From assembly GCF_026571515.1 (NCBI RefSeq), contig NW_026866561.1, positions 1 to 64,000 on the forward strand: a stretch of 64,000 bases of DNA. The letters are read 5' to 3'. A model generated the notes under the pieces. That model ran no database searches. It saw only the letters and a program-made list of their open reading frames with translations, and was not told the origin of the DNA. The position numbers and the translations under genes are program-made. Shown one piece after another: positions 38,642 to 53,104 of this stretch; position 1 is the first letter of the stretch; each line of letters opens with the position of its first letter. Origin of the DNA: Ruditapes philippinarum. Lineage: Eukaryota.

Positions 38642-39379
38642 TATAATTTAAATTTCATGTAGAAATACAAACAAAGCTTAAGACAACATGCTTAAATGTA
38701 CATTGACCTTCTTAATCCTCTTATGTATTTTTTTTTTTCATTTATGTAGGTTGTTTGGATGCATTGTTGAAGGATAGTCTGTTATGTCGGAAAATAGCTT
38801 ATTTAGCTAATGTTTATAACATTATGTTTTTAGTTACCGACTATAAACAAAGATTGACTTATCTTATCAAATGAAATTATAAAGTAATGAAAGTGATGTG
38901 ATTCTAGCTGGAAAAGTAAACTAACGTCTGTTCCATACTGATTATTTGGACTTTTATTTTTGTATTATCATTTGATAGTATTCAATTTATTGTGGTTGAG
39001 TTTGTAACATTTTCTATCATTCTACTATGAATATTTTTACATCAAAAATTAAGAAAATGTTGTTCTTATTTATTATATTTTTAGAGCAAATTGGATAGAA
39101 CCTTCTCCAACAACAACCATATATTCAATTTATCATGATTAAGTCTATTTTGATAATGTACTTACATTATTTATATCCAACATGTTAAAATGTGTTCAGT
39201 TGTGACAGATGATTGTTTATGATTGTTTAAGTCATCTGGATAACAAATAGCTGTCATACTATTCTGGTCATTTATTATAAAGTCAGGCGAAAGTTGGTAA
39301 TGCTAGTTCATTTGACCAGGTTGCTAAAAGATTCGAATAAACAATATAAGTGTTCAAAACATCTTGTTCATACAGAAGC

Positions 39380-39595
39380 TTAGTAAAAATTGTTTGCCTA
39401 AAGCCTGGTTAACTAATCAAAGTGAGCGAAAATGTCTTACTAAACTGGTTAGTAAAACGTGTTTGACTCACATAGGTTAGTGCAACATTTAAGAAAACAG
39501 GCCTGACTCATCAAGGTTAGTGAAACGTGTTTGACTCACACATGTTAGTGCAACATGTTTGACAAACACCTTAGTTTAACATGTTTCACTCATTC
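39380..39595 (+). repeat. short tandem GGTTAGT..AACATGTTTGACTCA repeats (subterminal-repeat-like)
   Basis: About 5 related ~27-30-bp units. Confidence 0.6.
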
Positions 39596-40954
39596 CGGCT
39601 ATATAAACATTTTGCTTTACAAAGAATAACTGAAAACTTGGATAAAAAAGAAAAATATTTCTATTCAAATGTAAATATTCCACTGAACCAATTTTGTTCC
39701 GATAAGAACTGCAATAGTTATTAGCAATAACCATATTTATATAAGACATATGAACTATAGTGAAAGAAAAAAGGAAGTAACTTGTATTCCAGATTTAATA
39801 ATTTGCCCGGTTTCAAATAATACCCTGTTCTTATTATATACTAAAATAATACACTAATAAACATTCCAATTAAAAGTAATAAACAAACTCAGCCTTGTTG
39901 ATAATTTATACCTTTACATCTTAAAGAGCATAATTTTAACAAAGGTCACACTATCATTCAATAAGAATATACGGATTGTACTAAAACTATATTATTCTTA
40001 ACCAAGTCTTAATAATCATTATCTATAGTCCCGGGTTATACTGTCCCCACCAGTTCCATATATTACTTTCATTACATCTATGTTATTGGATATAGTTTGA
40101 AAATATAATTAAAATGCCCACAATTACAACACAATCTTTTTGATCATTTTGTTGCCTTTATGTGACCTGATTCTAAACAAAATATTCCGTTGTTGTCGTT
40201 CATGTATAATTAAAGACAACATGATAAACATGGTTAAGATAATGTGTGAACAGTGATTTAAATACACCTTGCTCGGTGGTACAACTATTGAGTATGTAAC
40301 TGCTTGTCGGTTATGAAAATACAATGTACAAATGAAATGCTTTCATCCTAAACTTTTAAATTATAACCGGTTATGTATTGCCGTAAACAACCTTATAGGC
40401 TCAGTCAAGTATACTGTGGCTATGATAAGCTTCAATTAAGGATAACACGATTGAATGTGGCCAACATTAGTCTATACAATTTTTTATCTATCTACATTCT
40501 ATTTAGGGTACAGTTAGCAAACAATTCAATGTCACTAAAATTGTACTTACGTTTGACAAAATCAAATTATATGGTAACATATTTCTTAAAGTACATATAC
40601 AAACTATTGCTGTTTTATAGTTAACACCATACTGCCAATTAACATATTTATTAAGTTATTATGATCGTGTGGACTATTTTTTGAAGCGACATAATTTATT
40701 TCTTATTTTGTAGGCAAGTTTATATAAAGAAACTTAAGTTGTTTTGCATTAGTTTGTAATAATATTGCGTATATATGTTTAATTGAAATATAATAGTAAT
40801 AAAACTAAAATTTAGCGTATATATTTTCTCTTCTCACTTGTATCTTATTATATATCATGTGAACAATTTACGCGGACCATACATAACAATTCTTTTGTAT
40901 GTACAATTGTCAACAAACACGGTACAAATTTGATTTTGCACTATTTATCAATGT

Positions 40955-42200
40955 TACGGAGCCCCTGAGGTGACATTTTTGACACTTTTTTTTCGGCATT
41001 TAATTCGTTTTTACGAACTATTAATTCGTAATTACGAATATTAATTTCGTTATTACGGAATAAAAATTCGTTTTTACGAAATAATAATTCTTTTTTATGA
41101 AAAATTAATTCGTAGTTACGACATATCTATTCGTTTTTACGAAAAAGTAATTCGTTTTTTACGAAATATTAATTCGTTTCAACAAAATACTAATTTGATT
41201 TTCGAAAAATTTATTCGTTCTTACGTATGTATTCGTCTTTCGAAACTTTAATTCGTTTTAAATATTTATTCGTAATTACGATGTACTCATTCGATTTTAC
41301 GAAATATTTTTAAGGTCATTGTGAGCTTGACAAAGATCCTTCTAATCTCACAAAGGGGTCATTTATAAGCCTGGATCAACCTTGCGATTATAAGCCGAAT
41401 TTTTCTCATGGCAAGTGAAGTTGTTATATTTAAGTGAACAGGGTTTTTTAGTGAGAAGTTATACTCTATCCTCGTTTTCCCTATTGTCAAATACATGTTC
41501 CTATCAGCAGTGTTTTAATTATTTAGGCAATTAATCTTTTCTGACATGTTTCTTTAAAAAAGAAAGGTGCTATATTATTACTTTCTTTTATCATTTAAAT
41601 TAATAAAACTAAAGGGGCGGGGGAGGGGGCTCCAGATTTTCACTAATCTAATCAATTTAAAAAAGTATATTTCCTTACAATTTATGTATGAGCACTGTGC
41701 ACTGTGCAATCATAAAAAAAACATAACTTTTTATTTCAAAATTCAATAATATTGACAAAACGAAACAGAAAAAAATGTCCGTGTTTGGATTTGAAGCACA
41801 GGACCCCATTTTAACAAAATTTTCCTAGCGACTGTGGCGGCAAAGCTTTTGGCAGGCAATTATTTTAAATTATGTACATAAGTGTTATAAAACTTGGGGA
41901 GAGAAACATTCACAATTTTTATTGCATTTACATCAGGAACTTAGTTCCAATGCATTCTTTATAAATATTACCAAAACTCTTTGAAACTTTATAAAAAAAA
42001 TTCGCTTTTACGAAATATTATTTCATAATTACGAAATAACATTTCGTTTTCACGAATTAATATTTCGTAATTATCAAATGATATTTCCTAATTTCGAATG
42101 ACACATTTCGTAAAAACTAATTAATATTTCGTAATTACGTAATTACGAATTAATATTTCGTAAAAACGAATTAAGATTTCGTAGTAACGAATTAATATTT
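40955..42200. mobile_element. MITE-like element with inverted TTCGT..TTACGAA subterminal repeat arrays
   Basis: Begins TACGGAGCCCCTGAGGTGACAT; ~21-bp repeat arrays at 41000-41310 and 42000-42200; right TIR not found. Confidence 0.6.
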
Positions 42201-43250
42201 CAGTGTACAGGCAATAACTTGAACAGTAAATGAATTCGGTCATTTTGTGTTTACATAATGTCAAAAAGTCAATATTTTTATTATTATAGGTATCCATTTG
42301 ACATAACCTAATAACGTATTAAAATGGGGACATAACGGCAATGCATAACCCAATTTTCTATATGTACTTTAACAACATGAAATTACTAAATAAGAATATA
42401 AACCCGTTTTAGTCAGCATGAGGTTGCAACATTGTTATCGTTAAGTCAATGCCATACCAATACGAAATTGTTTAAATTGGCAATGCACGATAAAGAAATA
42501 GTGAACATTACACGCTCCGTTTGCAACGTAACATCAATAGTAAAATCCTGTTTAGTATGGTTTCCTTACGCATTCGTGTTTTTAACATGTTTAAACATGC
42601 ACGTGAAATGGCACCATGATCTAACATGATCAGTCAACAATCGTGATTAGTCATGTTTGATGATCAAAAAAAGAGTAACATGGTCAATCACATTTTGACA
42701 TGTTTTTGTTCTATCCCGCAATCATGCTTTGGACATGTTTGAAAACGTTCACAGAACATGTTTTAATATGGTTGATCATGTAACCTACTTTACTTTCAAA
42801 CACATCTAAACATGATTAAAAATGTCCCCAAAACATGATGGAACATGTTTTAAACATTCACATTAAATGGCAATGCGATCCAAACACATCTAAACATGTT
42901 TAAACATATACAAATCAAGATCCCATAACATGGTAGAACATGTTAATATATCCAAATCAAGGGGTCATTTGACATTTTCAAACATGTTCAAACATTTCCA
43001 AAAGAACAAAGCTGACATTGTTTTTAAACCAGCACAGGTCAAAGGAACAGAGCTGACATTGTTTTATATCAGCACAGGTCAACAGACAAAGGCAATCACA
43101 AAAGTTCATCTGGAGTACGCTCAGATGAGGTAAAACTTAAATTACACCTTTTTAGATCAGAACCCTGGACACAATTCTTTTTTATTTCTTTTCTTTCTTT
43201 TTTTTTCAGCACAAAAGTTAATTTTCATTATGAATACTTGATTAACATTG

Positions 43251-44284
43251 TCACTTGGAATACTTCTGCTTCACATTTTGTGTCTTAATGACCACTTCCT
43301 TGTCAGTGATATCAAAATGTTTCTGAACGAGCTTGCTGATTAAGTTAAATTTGGCAGGATCAAACTTGGTCTTTGTTGGCCTTTTTACCAGTTGCACTAT
43401 GGTTTTGAATTTCTTCGATGGTGAAGAACATACCTCTCCAGGACATCCTCCAGATGATCAAATGTTGCAAACCTGCCAAAGAAAGCACTGACTTTGAATA
43501 ATGTTTTCTGCTAATTCAGTTTTATTCACCTACATATTTTTAAACCTTTTATTATTTAAAAAAATGTTTTATCATCAAAATATCGGATCGCGACAACATG
43601 TGACATTGAAAATAGTGGGTGCTGAAATTAAATGCTGATTTCAAGAAGTGGGTACATTAATCAATACATATTAATATAAGAATGTATTTTCAATTGTATT
43701 TAAGTTTAGAACGGGCAAAATTCGTGTGCTACACAAGCAAAATAAATCATTTTATTTTTGTACTTATCCGGACTTCGTGTTATCCGAAAAAAAATGTTAA
43801 TAAATGACAAAAAAAACTTTATAATTTGACAGTTAAAATCTCTTTTTTAAGTTAAGTTTCATTCATTTATAAGTGGAAATTTTGTGGCTATGAGAATTCA
43901 AATAATTTCCTCAAAAATCTCCAGATATATGGTCGATTGTTCCTTTAAAAAAATCCGGACAGGTTGCCAAATTTTCGGTCGGCAGTCTGGACCGATAACT
44001 TTCCAGAAGACTGGCATTTTGCTAGGTATATTTTGGATGACCTTTTGAATTTTAATTGAAAGCAAGAGCAGTCTTATTTTAATTATCAAGATTGTCCTTG
44101 TGCTCGAAAGCATGCGTGCAGATGAAGAACTTACTTGCGATGGGTATAGCAGGATACCATTTCTCCTGGAACATGGCAAATGTTCTTGTCCAAGGCATTA
44201 ACCCTCCCCGATCAGCGGCAGTGCTGACAAACGACCAGTTGTTCTCCAAAGTCCAATAAATAAGCACTTTCATTTTTCAGCCAT
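43251..44284 (-). pseudogene. two-exon BEN-domain protein pseudogene (exons 44135-44284, 43251-43472)
   Basis: GT-AG intron with compatible phase 2. With frameshifts, exon 2 gives FFTIEEIQNHSATGKKANK..KFDPAKFNLISKLVQKHFDITDKEVVIKTQNVKQKYSK*, a BEN-domain pattern (FxxEExxxxSxTG..xDPxK). Confidence 0.6.
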
Positions 44285-44800
44285 TTTGATTTTCCCTCGT
44301 TAAAAACTAACCGCACATGTATTCTTGTAATCTATTGGTTGCTAAATATAAACTTTGGGTTAGGTGGCGCTGAAGGTAACGTGATATAACAATATGTTTT
44401 GTTCTGACACCACGGCAAGTGCTGCAACCCGTTTGCTAGCTGTATATTTATTATTAGAATAACATCCGGAATAGTCCGTAAGTTCCGTATTTTAGCCAGC
44501 CTCCAGGATTTTTGTGAATCGCGTAAATCCGTTCAGATTTCTGAGGGGTATAGGCTGCCTCTTATTTCGAGTGAGAACTGAAAGAACTCTATTGCCCATT
44601 TGATTTTATAAACAGGTGATGTTTTTGTCCGTTTGGCTTTCGTTAAATACAAAAAGTTTTTTTGTGCATTATAAAACAATTGTGTGCATTACGCACCTTG
44701 GTATGAATCAACGCTTCTGATTGGTCGAACAAGTTGTGATTGTCGAATCAGATTTTAGAAAACAGTGACTGGCTAGTTTGTACTTCCGTAAAAAACAAAA
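44285..44800. promoter_or_regulatory. candidate bidirectional promoter between the BEN and transposase relics
   Basis: Locally CpG-richer; reverse CCAAT boxes (ATTGG at ~44334 and ~44720); YY1-like AAAATGGC over the BEN ATG. Confidence 0.3.
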
Positions 44801-44809
44801 CAAAAATAT

Positions 44810-46620
44810 TCTCATCATGAAGTTTCTGCCCGCGAGGCAAACTACCAAAGACCTAGAGAAAAAAGGAATGTTGCAAATATTTGGCGATGGCCGTCCTTGA
44901 ATGAAATTAATTCCGAGGGGTATTTATGGGGATATTTGGCTACGGAAACATGGGAAACCGGCGGCACAAATCGACCCGCACGAAGTACCCAGACTATACC
45001 CAGAATAGATACACCCAAATAAAAGGCAAATATAGTAATGTTCATCTTTGTTTGCCTAATATATAATTATTTTTGTAAAGAGAAAATAAATTATTTTTTT
45101 ATAAAATAACTTGAATTAGCCGGCTGTAACTGTCTTTAATTTACATTTTTAAGAAAATTAACTTGTGAAATTTGATTTGCTGATCTAGATTCATTAATAA
45201 TTGCAATTTAAGATAAAGATATGATAATATTTGTTGTCTACATTTAAATTTTTAGGGTATAATTTTGTTGTTATTTCATACAAGTGTCCATCATATTATT
45301 TTTTTAATTTAATTTTATAAGGACAACTTTTAGTGCGTCCGTGGCTGAGTGGTTAAGGTCGTTGACTTCAAACCACTTGCCCCTCACCGCTAAGGGTTCG
45401 AATCCCGACAGGGACTTTGGATTCTTTCATGTGAGGAAGCTATCCAGCTAGCTTACGGAACGTCGGTGGTTCTACTCAGGTGCCCGTTCGTGCCTGAAAA
45501 TAATGCACGGAAGGGCACCTGAGGTCTTCCTCCACCAGTAAAGCTGGAACGTCGCGATATGACCTATACTGTGTCGATGTGACGTAAAACCCAAAACAAA
45601 ACAAAAAGCAGTAGCAAAAAATCTACAAGGTTGAGTACCAGTTACTTTGTGATATTTTGCATGTATAGAAAGTTGCTAAAGCAGAGACGGTATTCCTTTA
45701 GCCTGTATATTTGATTTTTTGCCAGAGAGATGAAATGTGTTGTTTTGGGGCTCCGTCCACTGTAGATTTTGGGCTTCAACGGAATGAATTGCATTTTTTT
45801 TACTGCCTGCCTATTGCAGATGGGGATAATTTCTTTGTAGATTTGCAATCTTATGTCATATATGTTCTCAACAAAATGTGTTTTCTTTTTCCAGGTTGTG
45901 TAGTTTGGTATCAGAATAAATAGACGTATTACTTGTAGGACATTGACGGCTGAGGAACTTGAAATTAACTGTAGAGTGCTACCTTTAAACATGTATGAGT
46001 GTGACAATTTCTATGACCATGAAAATACAAGAAAGAGTAATTCGGACATAAATTTGGATGTAAACAATAAACTTCAAGTTAACAGATCTGTATGTCAGAA
46101 CTAAAAGTACAGAAATGATTGCTGATGCGAGCCCTGTTGGTTAGATTTTCTATCAAGAGTTTGTCCAAATAATACTGGTTAACTTATGTCAGGTGATTGA
46201 AAAAACCCTCTGGCACTGAATATTCAAAAGGAAATTTTGCATCTAAAGAAGAACAATGCTGTTGTTCTTGCTAAGATTGGTTTTGAACAATGTAAAAGAT
46301 TATAGAATAACACACAGAATATTACGACAAAGGGATAATTTCTTTATTCCTAAAAGTACAAACAAATGAAAAAACTGTTACACTGTTTTGTGCCTGGATA
46401 GTGTGATATTAGCTATATCATATTTCATAGAAAATATTGTGGATGAGAAGTTGTTTGCTGTTGGACATATATGTACAATAACAGAACAAGTACATCCTTT
46501 TTGTGATTGTTGGATACCATCTCAGATGATCTGTTAAGAATGAAAAACTGAAGAGGATGTTCATGTTGTTCTAATAGATAAGATAATTGAAGAAAGTGTT
46601 TGTTATTCAAACTGAAAATA
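44810..46620 (+). pseudogene. heavily degraded CACTA/EnSpm transposase
   Basis: Fragments in transposase order: RPAR (DxPAR-like), DILH, FFYCLP, LVSE*IDVLL..TLTAEELEI, KYKQMKK..YTV, ISYFIENIVDEKLFAVG, VHVVLIDKIIEESVC. Many stops; interrupted by a SINE. Confidence 0.5.
45333..45608 (+). mobile_element. tRNA-derived SINE (RUDI/BivaV-like), near full length
   Basis: Pol III A box TGGCTGAGTGG (45342) and B box GGTTCGAATCCC (45395); central GTCGGTGGTTCTACTCAGGTGCCC...GGGCACCTGAGGTCTTCCTCCACCA; (CAAAA)n tail. Confidence 0.85.
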
Positions 46621-48926
46621 CATTTTTTAAGTTAGTTTTGTGTTCCAAATTTGTTCAAGTGACTGGCGTATTTTAGATTGCATCATTTGAAATGCAGTTT
46701 GAGATAGTAAATTTATATAAGTCTAATATTACACAAATACAAACTTTAATGTGACATTTAGTGTTAATTATTATAGGCACAATCCCTGTGGTAGTGATTT
46801 ACGGGTCACTTCTTCAATCTGTCTTTCATAATAAGATAATAAAAATGATATGTTAACTAAAAAGTATTGATTTCGGATACAAATAAATTCAGATTCTTTC
46901 ATAGGTGTTCAATTTCCATGAAAATATTTTTCTATTCCAAGATATTTTCCTTGTTTTGATAAAAATTTTCAAGTTTAAGTAGTATTTTCAGTAACTCTTG
47001 TCTGCCAAAAATGGTGGATGGCGAGTTTGAGCTCTGCTTTGCAACCATAACTTCATATGAAAAAAATTGGTAATTCTTAACTGAGTTTTTTTTTTATTTG
47101 CGCCAAACTGAAGTTCAGCGTCCTGTATGGAATTTTTTATTTTGTCTGTTGTATATTTGTAACTGGTAGGAACATAATTATGTGATTATTGTACCTAAAC
47201 TTTTAGCTTACCTAGTAAATTTAGCTTTTATGGCTACAGTAAAAAGGGTAATATATCCCACTATCAATTTTATCGCCTCATATTGTGGTACATAATCCCG
47301 GCTTCTGAAATTAAGATCCACCTTAATTTACCATTTTAATTAATTTTTGCTACATTTACTTCTTCGCCAGTGCCCCTTTTGATGCTTTAATATCAATGCT
47401 TATCTTTTGTATTCCGATAAATGCTGTAAAACTGTTGAAAATGGGACAATATGTTTAACCTCCATTTATGGCCTTGCAGATGATTCTAGGATTATAACCA
47501 AGGAGATGCTGAATGATGAAATCATGCTCTGGCTGTCTGAAAATTTTGTTATATTCAAAATTCAGTCATGTTTAAACATGTTTGCTTTCCTATAAAAAAT
47601 TGTAAACAAAACAACTGAAAACTATTCTTTTTATTAGTGTTTTCACAGAAAGTAAAATCCTGTTGTAAGATGTAATTTAAAAAATGCTTATTTGTTTAAA
47701 AAAATATTGACTTGGAATTTATCATGTTCAGCCATGTTTGATCATGTATGACTATGTTATCTCTTAGTAATAAATGGGTCAATGTGTCAGTAATTATTAA
47801 AGCGTTTAAGGCTATTTTTACACAAAGTTGAAATGTATGGATACTTTTTTATCCAAAAAGAATAACTTATTTGATGAAAGTAACAAGAAAAAAAGAGAAA
47901 TTTGTTTGATTTTTTTTTTATAAATTTATCATGTTTATTCATGATTGAATATGTTGATTTCTTGTAAGATTGTTTTGCAGAAAAAAAAACAATGGTTTAT
48001 GATTTTTTACCTCTCCCTGAAAGTCATTATAATATTAGTTGAAATAAATACAGATGTTTTATTGAACAAATTGTAATTTTCATCCACAATCATGTTTGAT
48101 GGTCAAACATGTTTATAAGACATGATTGAGCAACATGGTCAATGAAGAAAAAAGCATGTTTGTACACATCTTATCATGTTTAATCATGTAACATGATTTC
48201 TTTTTCGCTAGGGGAGTCTGCACTAAAAGAAAAAATAATGACTTATGAATATATGTATTTATGTTTTTTTATAGTAAATTGCTCAATTTTTTGCCAATAT
48301 GACTTTTGTACGCTTAATTGCTATGTTTTACCATTGTTGCATTAACTGTACACCAAGCTATGATACAATATCATGCAAGCCGCTAGTGTTGGGTATCCTG
48401 CTCAAAAATTACTATCGATAATCGAACCACCACAATGGATTGTCTGCCGACAGGATATTCGAGTTTTGCATTTTTTATGGTTCTTTTTTCTTTTAAGGTA
48501 CCAATCCTAGCATGTATTTTTTATACAGTAGTGACCACATTTTGAGAATAAATAAACTCTTGTCATCGATTAAAGTCACTGACCTCCAGATGGTAAAATG
48601 AAAAAAAATGAAATAAAATTTCAAGTAAACAGTAAATTACTAAATACTGATCTAGTAGGTTTATTGTATACATCCATCATTACTGACACCTTGATTCAAG
48701 AAAGAATGTTGACAAAAGCGTAAATATATCGGGTTTTTCTTTTCCATCATCTACTACGTCACTAACAGTACTTAGCAAATATAAATAGGAGAAGATAATT
48801 CATGTAACGTGGTCACGTGTCACAACAGTGGTCCGGAAAAATCCCGGTATCCGGTATGCCCTGGATCGTTTATCAATTTTCGTCATTTAGTAGCTGGCCC
48901 CTATCACATTTCAAGCTAAAGGTTAA

Positions 48927-49265
48927 CCCTTTCAGTTTCACTGCCATAGGGACGGCTTAAGCCGTCCCTGTTATTTTCGGCGTATTTGCCATATGGACGG
49001 CTTTAGCCGTTTCTATAATAATAATAGTAATAATAATAATTTTATAAATTAATAATAATAATAAAAAAAATAATAATAAATGTAAAGAAAATTATACCAT
49101 CCACAATAATCATTATTATACTAACATATTTGGAAACATATATAATTATTATAATACTAATAACAAATAATAATAATTATATTAATTAATAATATAGTAA
49201 TTTCTTAGAAAACCCTCTGGCAAATAGCTAAACAATAAAACAATAACCCTCTGGCAGCAAAAGGG
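48927..49265. mobile_element. piggyBac-type MITE
   Basis: TTAA-CCCTTT...AAAGGG-TTAA; internal palindrome GGGACGGCTTAAGCCGTCCC; AAT-rich core. Confidence 0.75.
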
Positions 49266-51111
49266 TTAAATCGATAAATTGGTCTTCATATATATATATA
49301 AAATAATTAATCAATTATAATTTTAGTGCCATGAATTACTACAAATATAAAAACAAAAGCAGTTATTCATATCCCTACATGTTTGATAAAATCCCGGATT
49401 CCGTGCATTCAGGAGCACAGGTCGCGATATTGTCCTGTACGACCACGTGATACAAGAAAAAAACCCGGATGAAATGATTTCATGGTATAATAAAAGAAGG
49501 TATTTCCCGTTGGTGGAACAGCGAACTGTTTGTTTTAGTGCAATAATGTTTAAATATGAACATTTTGAGAGCAATAATGTTAAAATGTGAACATTTTGAA
49601 GTGTCATTTCGATTTCTTTCAACTATATAATGTTTTTGAGGTGGGATTTTGAAATATTAGCAAGACAAAGGTTTTTCTGCTATCTTCTGGAGGTCAGCTG
49701 CTTTAATGTAAGATTTTCTCTTTGAATTCAAAACAAACAACACAAATACCTAATACAACTTTGTAACAGGCAATTTTTGTATTACACAACTTTATGGCAG
49801 TCAATATTAGTACTAGTCAACAGGTCATAATATTGTAAATCACTAATTTAACTACAGTAGATATGTAAGTTTATAATTTTATGTTATTACACACTTTAAT
49901 TTTCTAAAGTAGTATAAACAATATAGTATAGGCAATTGAGCAGTGGTAGAACATCGATTTTCAGAGACAATCGGGACAACACTACAAGCCACTATTGTTT
50001 ATCCGAACTATCTATAGCTCCAGCCATGTATGTCATTATGTGATTAACAAATTTTACACAATGGCTATTTCAAACAATATCATCGGTCTTGAAAATGGAC
50101 ATATAACAATGAGGTTTGTTGACACTGATTTGTATTTGTCATATCAAATATAGTTTTTTTACGCCAAGCGTTGGTCCACCCACTCTATGTAAGTATCCAA
50201 GCAACACACCGATTGCCTATGTCTCAGACTCAGGTTGACATTTTATCCAGGGAACATTTTGAGCAGAGGCAGAGAAGTAAAATACAATGGTTAATATGAT
50301 TTTACTTGTAAATAGATATAACTTCTAAGTACGTTTAAATTAGCATTTAAGGTAGATCTACATTTTTGTTTGGGTAGCAATAGTTTTACAAAGGTGGGTG
50401 TGAAAAAATAAAAAAATCTGCAAAATTCTATAAATTTACATGACTTGGAAGCATTATGTGCTATATATTCAAAAACAATCTTAAATTTCGTTTTTTTATG
50501 CAAAAGCAATCTTAAATTTCCTTTAAAATTTAAAATCTAGTTTTGTTTACAGATTATCTTCATTTATCATTATCATGATTATCCCTTGTTTGTGTATATG
50601 AATTAAACAGCTAAAAACAAGAGACAGCACTAAAGGAAGATTTAAAGCAAACCTTTGTAGCAGTCAATGAAATTCACTTCAAGTTTATCCTCACAACTTG
50701 TTTTCTCTTTAAGGTTTACACCTTCCTTTTGGCGTCGTGGTCTCATTTTCTGGAAAAAAAATGGCTTTATGACATCATCAACATCCGGGCACTTCTATCT
50801 AGGTATAAGACAACTAAATATGTGACCTATCAAGGGCACAGCATACCCAAATTTTAAGAATATCCACAATTATACAGTATATGTAGATCTATAACTAACA
50901 TGAAAAAAAGATGTTGAAACCTGAATTGTGTTGCTGTACATAAACTAACAACTTTAATATTTCATGTGATGAAACTTTCCTGAATGTTAGCAGTCATTTT
51001 TTAGCAAATTTTCTGATTTATTTTTAAATCCAAATTTTACAAACATAATAAGATGTACCCAAATCATAGACATTTCTAAACAAATAAAATATATTATACT
51101 TAATAAGAATC

Positions 51112-51755
51112 AGGGTAAGCTCAGCCCTAAAACGTAATCGTCCCTCGTGTCAGCTCGGCCCTATTCCAACTCGGCACGGGTCAACTCGGCCCATAATTAT
51201 ATATTACTGGTAATGATTACTTTTATTAATTTTGATGTTTTTCATCATAACTTTCATGGTCTAATATACCTCTACTCAAGGATATTGAAAAGTTTTATTG
51301 ATGAAAGTACCAATTTGTATGTGAATTTGTAGAGAAAGACAGAATTTACAATTTATACAGATGTTTTGCTACTCCAGATTTTTTTTGTAAATATTATCGT
51401 TAAAAAAGCATTAGTCGTATTAAGGAACAAACAGTATTAAATACAATAACATTTATTGTCACAAAAATTTAATCTAAAAAGTCTATTTATTGATCAATAT
51501 TTATCATATATTGTCTTGATATCTCTTCTTAACAAAGATAATTTCAAACAATACGTACAGGTACACTGTCAACTTTTTCACTTTCTGTTTGTAAGTGATC
51601 ATATTTCTGAAAAACTTTAGGGTTATTTTCTCCTTAATATTTTTTTTAACTAAACAATCTATATCCAAATATATGTTTTTAATAGAGGGCCGAGTTGACC
51701 TGTGCCGAGTTAATCCGTGCCGAGTTGGTATAGGGCCGAGTTGACCCTTTACCCT
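51112..51755. mobile_element. MITE with AACTCGGC subterminal inverted repeats (possibly Mutator-like)
   Basis: AGGGTAA...TTACCCT ends; CAACTCGGC repeats at the left and GCCGAGTTG repeats at the right. Confidence 0.75.
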
Positions 51756-52249
51756 AAATAAGCATACCCGATATGAATAGTGGAACGACTCGTAATGGGA
51801 GCGAATCATTTTGTTATTGTAGATGTAGCAAGAATATAAAAAAGCGAAAACAAAAATAAAGCAACAATAAAAATCACACACACCATTTGCTAATCTTTTA
51901 TAATATTAACAAATAAGGCCTTTGTATTTGTATTTTGTATTTTTTAAGAAAACATCTACTTTCAAAGCACTATCACGTGTGAATAAAAACACTTTTTTGC
52001 TGTGAACGTCCGAAAAATAGTCTAAGTGGTGAAAAGTACAATAGTCCACTATTGCATCGTAGCCTTTGTATGTTTTTGCTTTCAGAAAGCCTACTGCACC
52101 TTCTCCCGACGACATTACAACAATTTAATAATGTTTTTCATTACGCTAAAATGTCGCACTTACCCGGCAATCGTGATTCAAAATGGCGGCTTGTTGGTGA
52201 AAATATTAACCAATCAGATCACTCCTAACATAGGTCATTGAAAAATAAC

Positions 52250-52519
52250 GCGGAAAACGTTACTCTATCACTGATTTGATAAAATTTTACACACCTCATC
52301 ACGTGGTAGTAGTAAATTGTGTATATGGTGTGTATGAATTCCTATAAGACCTATCAAAATGAGGACTACCAGATTTTGAAAGGAACAACAGAAATCGTAT
52401 TTTGGAAGCTAAATCGAAGAAAACAATCTGAGGACCCGTGTGTAAGACCTCTAATTAGAAAAGGTCCTCAAACAGTAGGTCGTTTTTCTCGCACAGGTCC
52501 TGTCATTGATATCTGTACA

Positions 52520-52579
<60 letters not shown>

Positions 52580-52625
52580 AATCGCTATATGCCACCGCAT
52601 CGCAGATGCTGCGGTGGCATAAAAA
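52250..52625. mobile_element. HINE-type fragment with (CA)n and terminal hairpin
   Basis: (CA)n at 52523-52575 followed by the hairpin ATGCCACCGCA...TGCGGTGGCAT; left boundary approximate. Confidence 0.55.
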
Positions 52626-52631
52626 TTTTGT

Positions 52632-53090
52632 CAGAACTGCTAGGTGCCTTCTGTCCCCATTTATGCCAAGAGTAGAGGAGGATGTTGCTTATCTAAACAG
52701 TGTAATAGATAAGATGCCTGAAACTCAAAAACATCCTGGACTGCGTAAGGTGTGTTTTGTTATTGTTGTGTATACATATTAGATGGTTCCAGTAGTCCTA
52801 CTTGAATACTGTATAATCACCCTTAGGATATGTTGCCTGCAACATTTTACAATTTTGACGTTTTGGGCTTTCTTAAGGGATTCTGTTTTTTACTATTTTA
52901 AAGATAAATTAATAAGAGAATTTGGCTTATAGCTTTTGGAAAAGTTAGGGTCAAAAAATGAACAAAGGAGGAAAGACGAGGACAATGTTCGAACCAAAAT
53001 GAGAGCTCTTGCAAGGCTTTTTATGAAGCTAAATGAAGATAAAGTATTTAATGAAAAGTTAAGCTACTATATTTCACCAAAGCATTTCTC
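52632..53090 (+). pseudogene. Crypton-like YR-family exons (N-terminal core region), distinct lineage
   Basis: RTARCLLSPFMPRVEEDVAYLNSVIDKMPETQKHPGLRKV, then after an AG acceptor DKLIREFGL*LLEKLGSKNEQRRKDEDNVRTKMRALARLFMKL...LSYYISPKHF. This matches the family pattern DxLIxxFG..RxKMRxLARL..YIxPxxF. Confidence 0.65.
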
Positions 53091-53104
53091 TTCCAAAAAA
53101 GAAC

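Larger units (their letters stand above)
42560..48212. mobile_element. CACTA/EnSpm-type transposon relic (left end not located)
   Basis: AACATG/CATGTT subterminal arrays at 42560-43000 and 47700-48200; right terminus TTTTTCGCTAGGG (CCCTAGCG-type TIR); internal transposase-like and BEN relics. Confidence 0.55.

Noticed and set aside
45333-45415. tRNA gene
   Set aside because: It has A/B boxes but continues into a SINE body and a (CAAAA)n tail; no clean cloverleaf.
52170-52310. promoter (YY1 CAAAATGGCGGC, CCAAT, E-box)
   Set aside because: The motifs are present but cannot be tied to a gene start, and such motifs are common in transposon ends.
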